A program made the translations under genes and the position numbers. A stretch of 64,000 bases of DNA from Eledone cirrhosa (taxonomy: Eukaryota): assembly GCA_964016885.1 (NCBI GenBank), contig OZ024740.1, forward strand, positions 373,364,001 to 373,428,000. Reading direction: 5' to 3'. Shown here piece after piece: positions 37,394 to 51,648 of the stretch. The stretch's first letter is position 1. Each line of letters begins with the position of its first letter. Below the pieces are notes generated by a model, which was not told where the DNA came from, did not search any database, and saw only the letters and a list, made by a program, of their open reading frames with translations.

Positions 37394-39814
37394 ATAATCA
37401 ATACTTGAGGGCGGCCGACAGAGGTAGAAGCTGCTAAATTGTCGGTCGCCCTCTTGTCTCTGATTTTCAGCACCATGTATTTTATCTGTTATATTTTGAA
37501 TTACCTGAGGATGTCCCCGGATTCATACTGAACCCGGTCATTGAAATGATCATAGTTTAATAAACCTTTCAAGGATTAACACCAATCCAGCCTCCTGTTA
37601 TTTTATAATAATTAACACGTACACGCACAACCAACAACACAAAGGAAGACGGGTGAGTTGCATTATGTTAAGTGCTCTCCATAATATTACATCGATGTTG
37701 ACCATACGGAATGACCAATTCTATTCCAGTGGTGAACCAACAAACCTAAATAACTAATGCTCCAGAAATGTCGAGCGGTTTCAGATGTAATAATGAACAG
37801 CGGCACTGACTCCAGTGTACAGCTATCGCCAGCATCGAACTAACTAATCTACACACCATTCGGATTTTGGCTGCTGTGAGCTTTATCTACCGCCCACCTA
37901 GTCTCATGCTGCTTCTATATTGGGAATATTCAGACCCTGACAGTCCTCATTGATTCCTCTACATAATTCTACGTATTCTAATATAACGTGCATTGTATTT
38001 ACTGAATTATCTATCCTATACTTCAGGGCATTGTTGAATATTAAGACTCGAACATACACCAGGTATTACTTGATACCATTCCTTCTCTTCCATCCCCTAT
38101 ATCTATATGTATAACATTGTATTATCTAAATGCCCCTCGATCAATCTTATATTTCCCCTGTGTTTTGATTTCCTCGATATGTTCTTATATGCTTCCGTTT
38201 TACTCCATGCATCACCACCCTAGTTATGACTGCATTTTATTTATGTATTTTAATTTATCTATTTTCCTTTTTATTCATGTATTTTCTTATTATTCCTTTT
38301 ACTTATGTATTTACTTACTCGCTCTATTCTCAGTACATACCTACCACTGTGCTCATTAGCACACAACCCTAGAATATTACTCTCTGTATCCTTATTTCTG
38401 TTTATCTTTATTCACTTCCATACCCACCCTAGAACCACACTACTATAACCCGGAATAAATGGGGACTAAATATAGTATATCAGCGCATTTTATCGCCTTT
38501 TACGACTTTAAACCTCACATCACGTGTGTGAATAAATAATAATCGTTTGGTAACACCCGATGATCCGACGGATGTGGGGAATTTCCCGACTGCACGTCAG
38601 GCGCACGGGTAGTTCAGCCTTCCTTGAGTACTTGGAAAAATAAATTTCCCCTTCTTTCGATAAACGAAATTACTCGGAACGGCTGCTTCAACCCGGGGCC
38701 ATGTCGGACTTGGGACTCGCCGCGCCGGCGGCATTGACCGCCAAATATTACCTTTAATTTCTAGGCTTAGTCATAACTATTAGCTGTATCATGCCTCTTC
38801 CTACTAACACTTAACTAAATCCCATTCCTGTGTGAGCTAATAGCAACCGTTTGGTATATACGATGACCAGCCGGCGCTGGGGGAATTCCCCCTAACACAC
38901 ACAACGTCGAAGACAGTTACATTCCTGGAGTGCTCGGAAAAATTAATTTCCATTTCTTTCGCTAGACGATATTTCTCGGAACGGCTGGCATGCGGGTGGG
39001 TTGGCTGGCGATAGGGTCGCAGTCGTCGGTGGTTATTGACCGCTAAGCAAGGGCGTAATATTTACTCTACATACTATCTTGAACATTTATCGTGACTATA
39101 TATATTACACTTAAACTTTTTCATAAAACCTCCTTCTTTAAATGGTCACTTTCTCTCTATGTCACTTACACACACATCTCTCTTTCTCACTCTGTCTGTC
39201 AATCTTTTTTTACTCTCTCTGTCACTCTCTATTTCTCTCTCATTTACACACACACCTTCCCTTTTTTTAATCTCTATATATGTCTTTGTTGAAGATATTT
39301 GTTCTTTGGAAAAATATTTTTCGCAGCAATTTCGAGCACACATGACCAGCCTGATTGACGCATGACCTCAACGCTGACTTTTCCATCTGACAGGATGGTA
39401 GTAGCACATTATAGGCTTGACCCCCCCCCCCCCAAACACACACCAGATGGTCATAAGTAGACTTAATAATCAACACTTGAGGGCGGCCGTCAGAGGTGGA
39501 AGCTGCTATATTGTCGATTGCCCTCTTGTCTCTGATTTTCAGCACAATATATTTTATCTGTTATATTTTGAATTGCCTGATAATGTCACCGGATTCATAC
39601 TGAACCCGGTCATTGAAATGATCATAGTATAATAAACCTTTCAATGATCTACACCAGTCCAGCCTCCTGTTATTTTATAATAATTAACTCCGTACTTGCA
39701 CCACCAACCACACAAAGGAAGACGGGTGAGTTGCATTACGTTGAGTGCTCTCCATAATCATCGAGGTCGACCATACGGAATGACCTGTTCTATCCAGTGA
39801 TGAACCAACAAACC

Positions 39815-39820
<6 letters not shown>
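37394..39820 (+). mobile_element. 2.4-kb non-coding element bounded by about 355-bp direct repeats (37394-37752 and 39466-39820), each with a hammerhead motif; (TA)n on both sides
   Basis: The repeats are colinear. HHR at 37502-37557 (CTGAGGA, stem II ..CCGG/CCGG.., GAAA, palindromic ATGATCAT, AUA) and at about 39575-39629 (core CTGATAA). No recognisable protein inside. Confidence 0.7.
38541..39048 (+). repeat. Two diverged copies (38541-38745 and 38845-39048) of an approximately 200-nt GC-rich structured motif
   Basis: Shared order of blocks with compensatory pairing (TCCGAC/GTCGGA versus CCAGCC/GGCTGG). Confidence 0.75.
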
Positions 39821-39859
<39 letters not shown>

Positions 39860-39915
39860 GTGAGTTTTTTTTTACAAAATGAAAAATAACGGAGGTGTCC
39901 TACACGAGTGAAAGT

Positions 39916-40108
39916 ATAAAGAAAAAGAGATGAAATCGAAAATGCAACTGGAGTCTTATTTTTTTATGTGAGAAAAACCACAGACCTTCCATCTCAACTC
40001 AGCTTTTGAAAAGCAGAAGAAATGCGAAACCGGTAAAGGAACCAAATAAATATATATATTTAAAAAAAAAATAAGACTCCAGTTGCATTTTCGATTTCAT
40101 CTCTTTTC

Positions 40109-40114
<6 letters not shown>
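39916..40114. repeat. Inverted repeat (arms about 50 bp) enclosing a decayed minimal hammerhead at 40003-40038
   Basis: AAGAGATGAAATCGAAAATGCAACTGGAGTCTTATTTTTTT and its reverse complement. Spacer reads CTT TTGAAAA GCA..TGC GAAA CCGGTA AAG. Confidence 0.8.
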
Positions 40115-40152
<38 letters not shown>

Positions 40153-40174
40153 TTACACACACACACACACACAG

Positions 40175-40238
<64 letters not shown>

Positions 40239-41113
40239 TAAGATATAAGCATTCAAGCTTTATTCATACGTGCATGTTACAGTCAATAATGTGTTGCGGT
40301 ACTTTTCTTTTTGGTAGCGATAATATGATTTTTAATTTGTCTGTATAAATGTATTGAGGTTTCTATACTCAATAGATAAGGAGATTGATATCTACTTTAA
40401 AAGGACATTCTAATGAACCAGAAAATTTCGAAACGTTTATAGCTATGGACTAACCTTGCGAAACTGTGGGACCATCTGAGAGGGAAACTGTTCGCAGATC
40501 AACAGTATTTTAGAAATGTGTAAACTACGAAAAATCTGTTAATTGATGTCATAATCACAAAATAAGTTCTGATAACATAAAATATCAACCACCTGAAAAC
40601 ACCAAATATTTAACATGTATAAATAATCTGAAAAATGTGCGAATTGATATACTGTGAAACTTTCCTAAGACCTAATTGTGGAAATAGATAACCAAATCTT
40701 TCAGAGTCACAGACGCACGTGTTCAAAATAAGGATCATTACGAAGGTTTTTTTTTATGATTCCTAACTTATTCTTCTCAAAGTAACTAGAAACCCTCTAT
40801 CGAACAAGGTGATTTATAGGGTGAATTGGTCAAATAATCCACAAATCAATCGCAACGACTTTCTCAAATTCAGAACAAAAGTAACACAAACATTAAGAAA
40901 CACCACTTAATGATGAATATTTAATATATCTCCCCGACGAAGTAGATATATAACTTTTATGTGGATTCAAGGGTATGAGAAAATATAGTCGGTGCATTCA
41001 ATTATTATGCAACATGCCTTTACTGGGAGCATTCGGGCATGGTTTCCAAGAATTATGGATTACGTTTGCCTGACATCGTGGATTTGTTTAATTTAAACTT
41101 AAGGTAATTGTCG

Positions 41114-41209
<96 letters not shown>

Positions 41210-41769
41210 CACACACACACACATACATATGTATGTAATTGTACGCGTACAGATATCCGAGGAGATAATTAACTTTGCAAATACATAATTATTTACACTG
41301 AAAGGCCTTAGCAACTTCATGTTATTATGTTTGACAACTTCTTCATTTTGGTTTAAATTTTAGATACAAGAATAAATATAAACGATTTGCATATTAATGG
41401 AAATGCTCAGAGGAAATTACCTTACCTACATCCGATAATATCTATATTGTCATTGTACAACTAGTTTGTCAGCTACAGACACTGCATGTATTTAACATTC
41501 CCAATGCCATACCTGCCAAATATCCATGTTGCATATTAGCTGACATTAATGTGCTTTGCAATTCCTCGTAGATGGCATTTCAATACACTACAATATTTCA
41601 CCATACCAAGCATATTTATAATCGCACATAACTTAGATAGCCAATAATCGTATTTTATTACTTTTATCCCATTATATAAGTCCACTCTTTTAACACAAAT
41701 AACTTTCCTTTTTTTTTGTATCGTTTTCCAATACATTGTGTACACAAATCAATCAAACAATCTGGTTCC

Positions 41770-42067
41770 CGCAACTGGTGCAGCTAGTCGTTGGGGTGCA
41801 ATTCTACACGCTTCAGCAGCAAGCTGTCGGCATTGGTCTCTACGACATTTTTTTAGACAAGGAGTGTTTCCTCTCTGCCAGCGTAATTTGTAACTTGCTG
41901 CCTGACAAACATGTTTGCTTGTGATCCGTGTATGGAGGAGTAGTAAAATTCTGATTCACTTGTGCTCGAACGAATGGAGTCTTCGTTCCATGCCAGCTGT
42001 GTGAGTTCATCTCTCGCATCCGTACATCACCGATGGCCAGCATTACAGTATCTGGAGTGGCATGGAC
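41770..42067 (-). mobile_element. RTE-type LINE relic (post-RT region)
   Basis: VMYGCER*THTAGMERRLHSFEHK (cf. LLYGCETWTL...ERRLxxFExKC). Confidence 0.55.
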
Positions 42068-42094
42068 AAATCTTTAAAATATTTTATTTTCAGA

Positions 42095-42610
42095 TCTGAT
42101 ACATTAAACGTCCTAGGACTTAATATCACAGTCGCCACGAACCTTACTAGCACAGGTTTTCTTGACATCAAGTTGGGCCTATCAACAGTTACATATAAAA
42201 CTATCATAAACCGTATGAGAGGCTACTGTATGTAAACAGCGGAATCTGTCCGCTAGCTAAAGGGTTTAAAAGTCTAGTGCCCAACATTAGCCGCAGAATC
42301 TCGAACTCATCATCCAGCAGAGAATTATTTGATAAAGCACTCTGAGACGGTTGATTGACGGAACAGAACAAATGTATGTGTAATAGACGCCCACCTAGAA
42401 ATAGAAATAGTTAAAGAAAACTAATCTGGCTTGCACCTCCTATTTTGCTAAATATAATGACTAATTTAGGTAAGAAATACATAGACGTTATTGATAAGCA
42501 CTTTACCCTAAAAGAGAGACACTGTAAAATCCTCCATCGTTATTTAGTGAGAGTAACCTATTATTGCGCGCCATAAATGTCATCCAAGATCACTGCGAAC
42601 AAGAAGGAGT
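42095..42610 (+). mobile_element. Degraded Penelope-like RT thumb/linker fragment, same type as the 61-kb element
   Basis: LGLNITVATNLTSTGFLDIKL, HKPYERLLYVNS, KLIWLAPP..TNLGKKYIDVIDKHF. Confidence 0.75.
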
Positions 42611-45092
42611 ACTGCAGGACATTACATGGAAGTGCTCGAAAAACCCACGCTATAAACAATACGGAAGGAAACGATGCCCGATCTGAATCAAGAAGACATC
42701 TAGGATGTTGCCGGTTTTAAACCCACTGCAAACATACATGAAATACAAGACAGATAATTTTAGATAGTGTTTGCATCACAAGGGCTACCCTTATCCATCT
42801 GGAAGCCCACACTGCCAGATGCCTTTTCTGCAGACCTGCTAAATATTCCATGACACCAATCGTCTCTGTTACCTTTCAACGGATGCATCACAGCCTCACT
42901 AAATAATAGTCTGTTAAAAAAAATATTATTACAATATCACATTGCAACCTAACGATCAACTTTAAAATTAACGTTTTATATATTCAGAGTTTTAGTATTG
43001 AGGAATTATTATAGAAGGATTAAATAATTAAACATATTTTAAATATTTTATCTTATCACGTATAAATATTAGTGCCAATATGTCAGACAATATCTATTTT
43101 AAAAGTTCTCTACACGGTGCGTTTTGTATTAAATAAGAACGATATTTCCAAAGTTTGGTTAAATACCTTTTTGTGAAGCATTTAGTTTAACACGTCGTAC
43201 AATTGTAATCTTATATAATATAGTAATCAAAATTAATTACATAATAACTACTTTATTATAATGTGCACTTATGGCTCTAGAGGAAAGTTTCTAGCTATGT
43301 TTCCAATTTGGTGGTATTAGTCCTACTTTATCTGATGCTATGATATATTTGTCATCCTTGATCACCATTACACCATATGAATCCCATAATATCTCTAGAT
43401 GTCAACGAATGAATGCCAACAAATATGAAGAAATTCCAGTGCCTTGGGAGAATCGCAAATACATAGGACAAAACATATTTTGGTAATTGGTAACCACCAT
43501 TATGTTTCAGAATTTAAGTATCACTTTCTTCCATTGACTGGAATCATTTAAGAAAATGAAATAACAAAACATTGCATGGGTAACGAAGTAACGACTATAT
43601 CGAGATTGTAATATAAATGAATTAAAACATAAAACAAAATATGAGTTGGAGCAAATGCATACTAAAATAGAGCTAGCTATTAATCTACGATAAAATGATC
43701 AGCGGGTACAAGGCAACGAATACGTATATCAAATAGTTATGTATATGGAAAATGCTGTTATAACCATAGATATTCAGTTTTCATGCTTTTATGAAAGCCG
43801 CTTATATCTAAAATCACTGTGAATAAACAGTATTAGAAATATGACATAAGAAAGCATATAGATTCTAAGAATATAACAGCTTAAATAAATTTATTCTTAT
43901 GCATTCAGTATTTATCGATATTTGAAACCTTTCATGACAGGTCTACTGTTTCACAGAAAACATTACAGAGAAAGGATAATATTTCCTGATGTGTTGGAAA
44001 CCTTTGACAATCTAATAGTTATATAATTTGGATATATCAAATGTAATCGATGGGGATCAAAATTGCTGGATGAAAATAAAACCTCAGAAAATGACGAAGC
44101 ACGAAATAACCCAAAATATTAAGATAAATGTTATGAATGAAACATATTTCAAAAGCAACAACATCTATAATGTTAGAAGTAAATTACGAAATGCGTATGG
44201 CACAGGGTATTTAATAGATATGTGTAAACCGAGATGTTTCTAGTAAAGTGATCATCACATATTGATAGATATGCAATATAAACGAAACAAAAATAATAAT
44301 ATATAATTGTTCAAACACGTTCAATTTTACATGGAAACTTGTTTATATTTTTAGTTTTCCGAATTATTTATGTGCTCTTTAGGCAGGTTCGATAAACTTC
44401 ATTTCTGACTCCATTGAATATCTAAGAAATTAATAGAATAATTACAAAAGAAATAAAAAAGAATACAAATAAGAAAGTATAAGACATTCTTTGAAGACGT
44501 GGAAAAAGGAAAAAAAAAGTATATGTGGAATATCTTGTCACTTTCACTTTATATGGAATATAAAATAGAAATCGAGCTAGAAAAAAATCATCAACTTAAA
44601 AAAAAATACCAATGGAGAAGATTCACTTGTCGGATCAGATTTGGTAGGTTTGTTAAGTGAAAATAAACATGCTGTAGAAAACATAAAGTAAGAAACAAAC
44701 ATAAACGACACACATATGTATATGTGTATGTGCATGTGCGTGTATATGTTAGTGTGTGCGTGTGTGTGTATGTGACTTTTGCCGAGACATATATAGCCAC
44801 AGTAAACTCTATACATACTACTTTATATTCTTGATAAACAATAACTATATTAATTAAATTATATCCCCTTAATTTAAATCTTAATTTAATTTGTACACTA
44901 CAAACACCTCCTTTACAGTAATCTCTTTCCACACATCACCGTTATAGACACATAGCAATGCGGGCAAATAAGCTAATGAGTTGGGGAAAGTACACTACTA
45001 CTAGAGTGGCCACTGCCTGATAAGGAGGAGGAGAGGTTAGATATTTACAGACATTGTCTTCAGGGATTTACAGACATTGTCTTGTTAAATTA

Positions 45093-47037
45093 CACCGTGT
45101 AAGAAAAAAATGTGTTTCTCTCTTCCTGGCTTGTAATCACTTTTTTGCATTGCTTAGGTCCCAAATAAATAAAACAAAGTGCTATTAAACACTTACAACT
45201 TTGGGCTTGTAAAGATTTTAAGCTATTCCCTAGAATTATTTGTAAGCTGGATGTAAGTTTAATTTGCTATGTTAAATGATGTTTTTAAATATGTTTCAGG
45301 TTAAATTAAAATTATAAAATAAAGAAAATTATAAAATTGCAATAAAGTATAACATTTTTAACAAGTGGATTAAGGAGATTTATTGCTACTGGATTTTCGG
45401 ACCCTGAATAAAGGGTATGTTGTTTGTTAAGCCCGAATTTTCATTAGTATGATTACTGTTCTTTTATATTATTTGAATATTTCCCTTTCCAATTTTTATT
45501 TTGTATTGCATATCAAATTTATTTTCCAAGACAAGTATTCTGATGAAGAGGAGGGGAGGGATGCTGAGGACTTGGATTACATGCCTGAGGTACCACAAAA
45601 AGTTCCTCACTTCCCAAACCCAAAAGAAGTAAATGACTTGGTCAGGTATATGGTTCTGACCAAGTCCAATGCAGAGCTATTCGTCTCGAGGATGAACCAG
45701 TGGACTTGGTCAAGGAGGAGGTGCAGGGGTCAAGTCAGAGAAGTCGACACGAACCTTTCTCAGGCTTTTACACTCTTAGGGATGGTCTCTGCTTCTGCCA
45801 TGACGTGCCTGGACTGTTTGACGTTATTGGGGTGCCGTTTGCGCCCAAGGAGTGGCGGCTATTTATAGACAGCTCCACCATAAGTTTGGAGGTTGTTCTC
45901 CTCCACAATGGAAACAAGTTCCCGACACTGCCCCTAGCTCATTCAGTCTGTCTGAAGGAAGATTACTACAGTGTGGAAATCCTCTTGGAAGCTCTGCAAT
46001 TCAATCAGTACAATTGGGAAATCATTGGAGACTTCAAGATGGTGGCTTTCCTGCTTGGATACCACGGACACTTTATCAAATTCCAATGCTTCCTCTGACT
46101 TTGTGACAGCAGGGCGACCTCTGACCACTACAAAAGAAAGAACTGGGAGCGGCGAACAGAATTTGTAGTTGCGACCTGGAACGTCATGTGGGAGCCACTG
46201 GTTGATCCCACGATTGTGCTCATGCCGCCACTGCACATTAAGTTGGGGTTGATGAAGCAGTTTGTGAAGGCTCTCAACCAAGAATCAGCCGCTTTTAAGT
46301 ACCTTCTTGAGTTCTTCCCCAAGTTTTCTGAGGCCAAAATCAAAGGTGGATTTTTGTTGAACCTGAGATAAAGAAGGTGTTTGAGTCTACCGACTTCTCC
46401 AATAAGCTCAATATGATTGACAGAACAGCATCGAACTGTTCCAAGGCAGTTGTTAAGGGGTTTCTGGGCAACTACAGAGCTGAAAACTACCAGCAACTGG
46501 TGCAGGATCTGACAAAGGCTTTTTGCGCCTTGGGATGCAGGATGTCGCCATATGCTGGACGCTCACCTGGAAAAATTCAAGGACAATATGGGCACCTTCT
46601 CAGGAGAACAAGGCGAACAATTCCACGAAGATTTGAAAGAGATAGAGCGGAGGTACCAGGGCCACTACAATGAAAACATGATGGCGGACTATATCTGGGG
46701 GCTCTTACGGGAATGTGACCTGGACTGCAACCGCAAATCCAGGAAATCCATTCATTTCTGACGTGTATAAGTTGCTTTATAAGTGTTTTACTTGTTTGCT
46801 TTTGATAAGCTTGTGTAATAAAATATATATATACTCTGTTGATTTGATTATATGAACTGATAATCTTTTAAAAAATGTGTTTTTTTCTTGAAAAATATGA
46901 ACATTTCGAAATATCAAACTCCTGACCACAAATCTAAACTTCTTATTCAATAATAGTTTTTTTAAAAGTAATAATGGGATATAACAAACCAGGCAATAAC
47001 ACCTAGAACCGCGGAACAAAGAATATGTTACACAGTG
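45093..47037 (+). mobile_element. Chapaev3-type (CMC superfamily) DNA transposon with both termini; transposase (about 45530-46761) frameshifted and apparently lacking its N-terminus
   Basis: Termini CACCGTGTAA...TTACACAGTG. TTA TSD at 45090-45092 and 47038-47040. Motifs EWRLFIDSS..VLLHNGN, GDFKMV, PPLHIKLGLMKQFVKAL, FLGN, EQGEQFHED, RYQG..MMADYIW. Confidence 0.85.
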
Positions 47038-47333
47038 TTATTTATATCCAGCGGAAGTGGTGCAAGATGGGAGACTAACGAAAACGTCCGCCCCATTGAT
47101 TGAGATGGGTTAAAATCAAACAGGGGCCGGCCCGCTTAATGCCAACAAGCTACACGCCGGCTGCTTGTATCAAGTGAACTTTAAATGTGTTTGTTTAAAT
47201 ATCCATCGCTATTTAAGGAACTCGGGCTGGTAGATTTTATGTATAATAGATAAATAAGTAAACTTATACGAAACAATGATATTTGCATTAACATTCACCG
47301 ATTAGTGTAGTGAATTGCACACCCATGTTCTGG

Positions 47334-47384
<51 letters not shown>

Positions 47385-47429
47385 ATATATATAATAATAA
47401 TAAAATGTGGAGAGGAGGCACACGAGTTA

Positions 47430-50400
47430 GGATATATATATATGTATATGAAAACAGGGAGAAAGAGCCGATTATGAGGAAGAAAAATATATGTTTATCC
47501 TTTTTCGTTTCTCTCTCTCTTTTTTCTGGGTTAGAAACTGATTAAAACGAAATGTTTTACTTTGTGTGAAGTGTTAAGGTATTAGTTGATTTATTTATTA
47601 TTTAACAATGGCATTTAATTATCTATTTATATATTTAATTATTGTCTATTACGGGTTTCAGCATTTATATGCATTATCAAATGATAGTGAAATGTATTAA
47701 TGTGGTGTGGCACATATTAAACAGAAGGTGCAGAAAGAATAATGTTATATACAAACAAGGTTTAAGAAGTGAAAAGAAAAAAGAAAAAGGAAAAAAAAAA
47801 CACGTGCATAATGTGTAACGTAAAAAGTCAATGTGGAAGAAAAAATAATGTTATTTACAAGCACAGTCATTGAAGTTAAGCAGTTCAAAATGTGTTAATA
47901 TCGCAAGAGTGCTTAGTTGGACCATGGTTCCGTGAAGGAGGCAAATAGTGGACTGTGGTTTGATATTATTTCCGTTTTTAGAGAGTTAATATGCAGGAGG
48001 AAGCAATTCTTGCTGGGTGATATTTAATTTATTTAAGAAAAAGGATTAGGTTGGGTGTGAGGGAGGTCACTTTTGTAAATGTTTGATGGTTTGTTGCAGT
48101 TTTAGATTGGTCCAATTTTTAGCGCATTGAGTGTGGTTGAAATGTATTAATGAAATGTGTTTCCTTATTGGTACGTTGGTTGAAAGTAGCGTTGTCTATG
48201 AATTTGTAAATGGGGAAAATTTTAAAGTTTGGATGTTTTGTTGAGAGCACAATTGGAGATATGTTCACTAATTGCGATCTTTCTGTATTCCTGTATTTTA
48301 ATTTGTGATTTATGGACGGTCATACGTTGACGGAGGCTGTTTTTTGTCTGTCCTGTGTAGTGCTCTTGACAACCTGAGCAGGTCAAAACATATATAAGGT
48401 TTTCAGATGCACATGTAAAGTTGTGTTTAACTGTGAAACGTTGCCTTGTTTAAAATGGAATGTTGAACCTCCTATTAAATTTATGCATATGCAACAGGTA
48501 GGCCTTCCGCATTTTGTTACTGCAGGGTTCACTGTGAGGGTTTGTTGGATTTTGGCTGTGTGAGGATGATTTTTATGGATTTAGTTTGACTTTTGCTCTT
48601 TATGATGTTGTGTGTTTGGAGGATATTGTTCATTCTTGGGTCTCATTTTAGTAAAGGAATGTTCTGGAGGATGGTGTTGAATGCCTCATTGTTAAGGAGA
48701 TTGTGTGTGGGGATGTATGGTAGAGTTTTTTGTTGTGGTTCCCTCCTGGGTTTGGGGTGTCTGAGTTCCTGGATGTCTAGTTTTAGGGCACGTTGGAATC
48801 CATTGGTGATTAGGGATGGTGGGTAGTTTCTGCTGATAAGTGTGTTTTTTAATTATTCTACTCGTGTGTAGCATGTGTATTTATCTGAAACTATTGTGTA
48901 GATCCTTCTGGCTAGGTTATAAGGAATTGCCATTTGGTGTGTCTAGGGTGGCACGAGTTGAATGGAAGGTATTGTTTGGAGTCTGTGGGTTTGTAGTATA
49001 TGTCTGTTTTTATATTGTTGCTTGTTTTCTTGATGAGGATGTCGAGGAAAGGGAGTTGTTCATGGCTGTAATCCATTGCGAATTGTAAGTTAGTGTTGAG
49101 TCTATTCAGAAGGGTTTTGAAATCAAACAGTCTATCTATACTTTCATGCCAGCGGATGAATCAATCGTCCAGATATCTTTTCTATGTGTTGGTAGAAGTG
49201 GTTGCGCTATTTGTCTAGAACTTTGCGGTAGAGAATGGTTTCCAAATATCCCATGACAAGGGTGGCGTATGAGGGGGGCCACCTTCGTGCCCATGGCAGT
49301 CCCAGATTTCTGTCTGTAGTATTTGGAATTGAATTCGAAGAAATTGTTTTCCAAGATGAATTTGAGTCCCCCCATCATAAATTCTTTAGGGATAAGCTGT
49401 GGAAGTTCACCAGGGAAATTTTCCATGTATTGCCTCTATACCTAGGTTGTGTGGGATAATGGAATATAAATTGATGACATCAAATGTTACTAGTAGGGTG
49501 TGTTCATTATTAAGTGTTGTTGGGAGGTGGTTGAGCACGTCAAGATCGTCCCTTATAAAGCTTTTTATATGTTTTAGGAAAGGTTTAAGCAGAATAACTA
49601 GGAAGTTGCTTAGGCGGTGGGTTTAACATGTGGTTCCTTCTATTATGGGTCTTAATTTAAGGTCATCAGGAGGGGCTATATTGATGTAAACGTCTGTGGC
49701 TTGCGTGCAGGCCCTGCCTATTACTTCGGTTTTGTGTGTCTTGGGGATACCGTAGAAGAGGCTGGTTCTGCTTTTGAAATTGGTGAGTAGTTGTATTCCT
49801 TGTCTGTAAGGCCTTCTTTGTAAAGGGTTGTTAGGGATTTTAGGTTTCTCATTATTTTCTGTTGTGTGTAGTGTTGTGCCTTTTCATAACATGTTTGGTT
49901 TTCTAGAGTTGAGAGTACTAGAGCTGTGTAATAATCTGTCTCCATAAGGACTACTGCACTCCCTTTATCTGCCTCTTTGATTGTTAAGGTTTTGTCGTTT
50001 TTTAGACTGTTAAGACCATTCCACTCTTTTTTGCTTAGGTTTGTTTTATGTTTAAGTCTATGCAGGTGGTGGTATGGGTAATTAGTAATGTGTTCGCAGA
50101 ATTGATCGAGGGATTTATTCTTGCCTTTTGGTGTGGTGTAGTTGCTTCTATATCTGGATATTGAGTCATCCTCATTGTATTTGGTGTATCGTTGTTCGCT
50201 GAGTCTTAGTTTTCTAAATAATTCTGCAATATCTTCCTTCATTTCGGGGTAGTTTGGTTGTTGGGAAGTTGGTGTATATTTTAGACCTTTGGAGAGTATG
50301 TTGATTTGGTCTGTTGGTAATTCTTTGGAGATTAAATTGACAATTTTTATTGCATTGTGTGTCTCCTGTGTATTTTGTGTTATCTTGTAATCCCGTGTCT

Positions 50401-51648
50401 GTGTGCTCTGTCTAAAAAATGATTACGGAAGTTGTGATAGCTGTTGAAGTATGGATGTCTCTTATAGTTGTATTGGCTCCTGCTGTTGTTGTAAGATGGT
50501 GTGTAGCTGTTGTGGTTGTTCAGTTTATGTTGTATCGTGTGGTTGTATTGAGCCCTGCTGATGACGTTGTAGGGTGTGTAGGTTTGATGGACGCGTTTAT
50601 AGGGTGTGAAGTTGTGGTGGTTGTTGAAGTTGGGTTGCATCGTGTGGTTGTGTTGAACACTGCTGCTGTTGTAGGGTGTGTAGACTTGGTGCTAGTTGTA
50701 GTAGGGTTGTCTTGCGTGTTCATATTGAGTCCTGCTGTTGCTGTTATATGGTGTTTAGCTATGGTGGTTGTTGTGGTTAGGGTGCCTGGTGTGGTTGTAT
50801 TGTCCCTTTCTGGTGGTGTTGTAGTAGGTTGTGGTTAGTGGTTTCCTTATAGCTGGTATGTGGTTGTGAGGTCCTGTGTGACATGTGTTGTAGTTGTGTA
50901 TTTTGGGTTCTATGCTGGAAGTAATGATGGTTGTGGGTTTGTTGTGTGGTGATGTTAGGGGTGTTGTAAGTGTGGGAGGTTGTATGGTTCCTCCTGGTAG
51001 GGGAGAGTTGTATCGTCTATCTTATAGCTGATGTTTCTCTATTACTATATTTGTTGCTTGGGAGGTCGTGTGGTAGTTGTGTGGAGGGTGTAGGAGGTAG
51101 GGGCGAGGTGATGCCTTATTTTGTTGGTATATGGGGAGGTATAGTGTTTTTGTTGTTGTTGGTTGTTGTGTGTTGTTTGGGTGTTGATTGAGTTTTCTTG
51201 TTATTATGGTTTTAATGAAGGGGTTCTTTGATGTGTGTTCTTTTTGGAAAAGTGTTTCATAGTTAGAGAACAAGGTTTCGTTTATTTCCCAGCGTTGAAG
51301 GGATTTTAATTCTTCCTTATTACAGTCCTCTAACCATAATTTTGAAATATTTACTTGGGTGGTGTCTTTGGTTATATTGATAATTGCTCATCGTCGATTG
51401 ATTTGATCCTATCTTCATTTGCTTGGGCTCTCAATTTAGGGAGTTCAATTTCGGTTTTTATTTTATCAAGTTCTATTCTTTCCCTGAGGTGTCTTTGTGT
51501 CTCTGGTTCGTTTGGGATGGATTTAATTTGTAGTTTCCGGGGGATGATTAATGGGGAAGAGTTAATCCATGTCTCATAGACATCCGCTTTGTTATTGTTT
51601 TGTAACATCTTCCAAAAGGAGAATTTCCTGTTATTAAGAGATGTGTAC

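Noticed and set aside
50419-50838. Val-rich plus-strand ORF that looks like a membrane protein
   Set aside because: Antisense shadow of the AAC/CAC-rich PLE repeat region.
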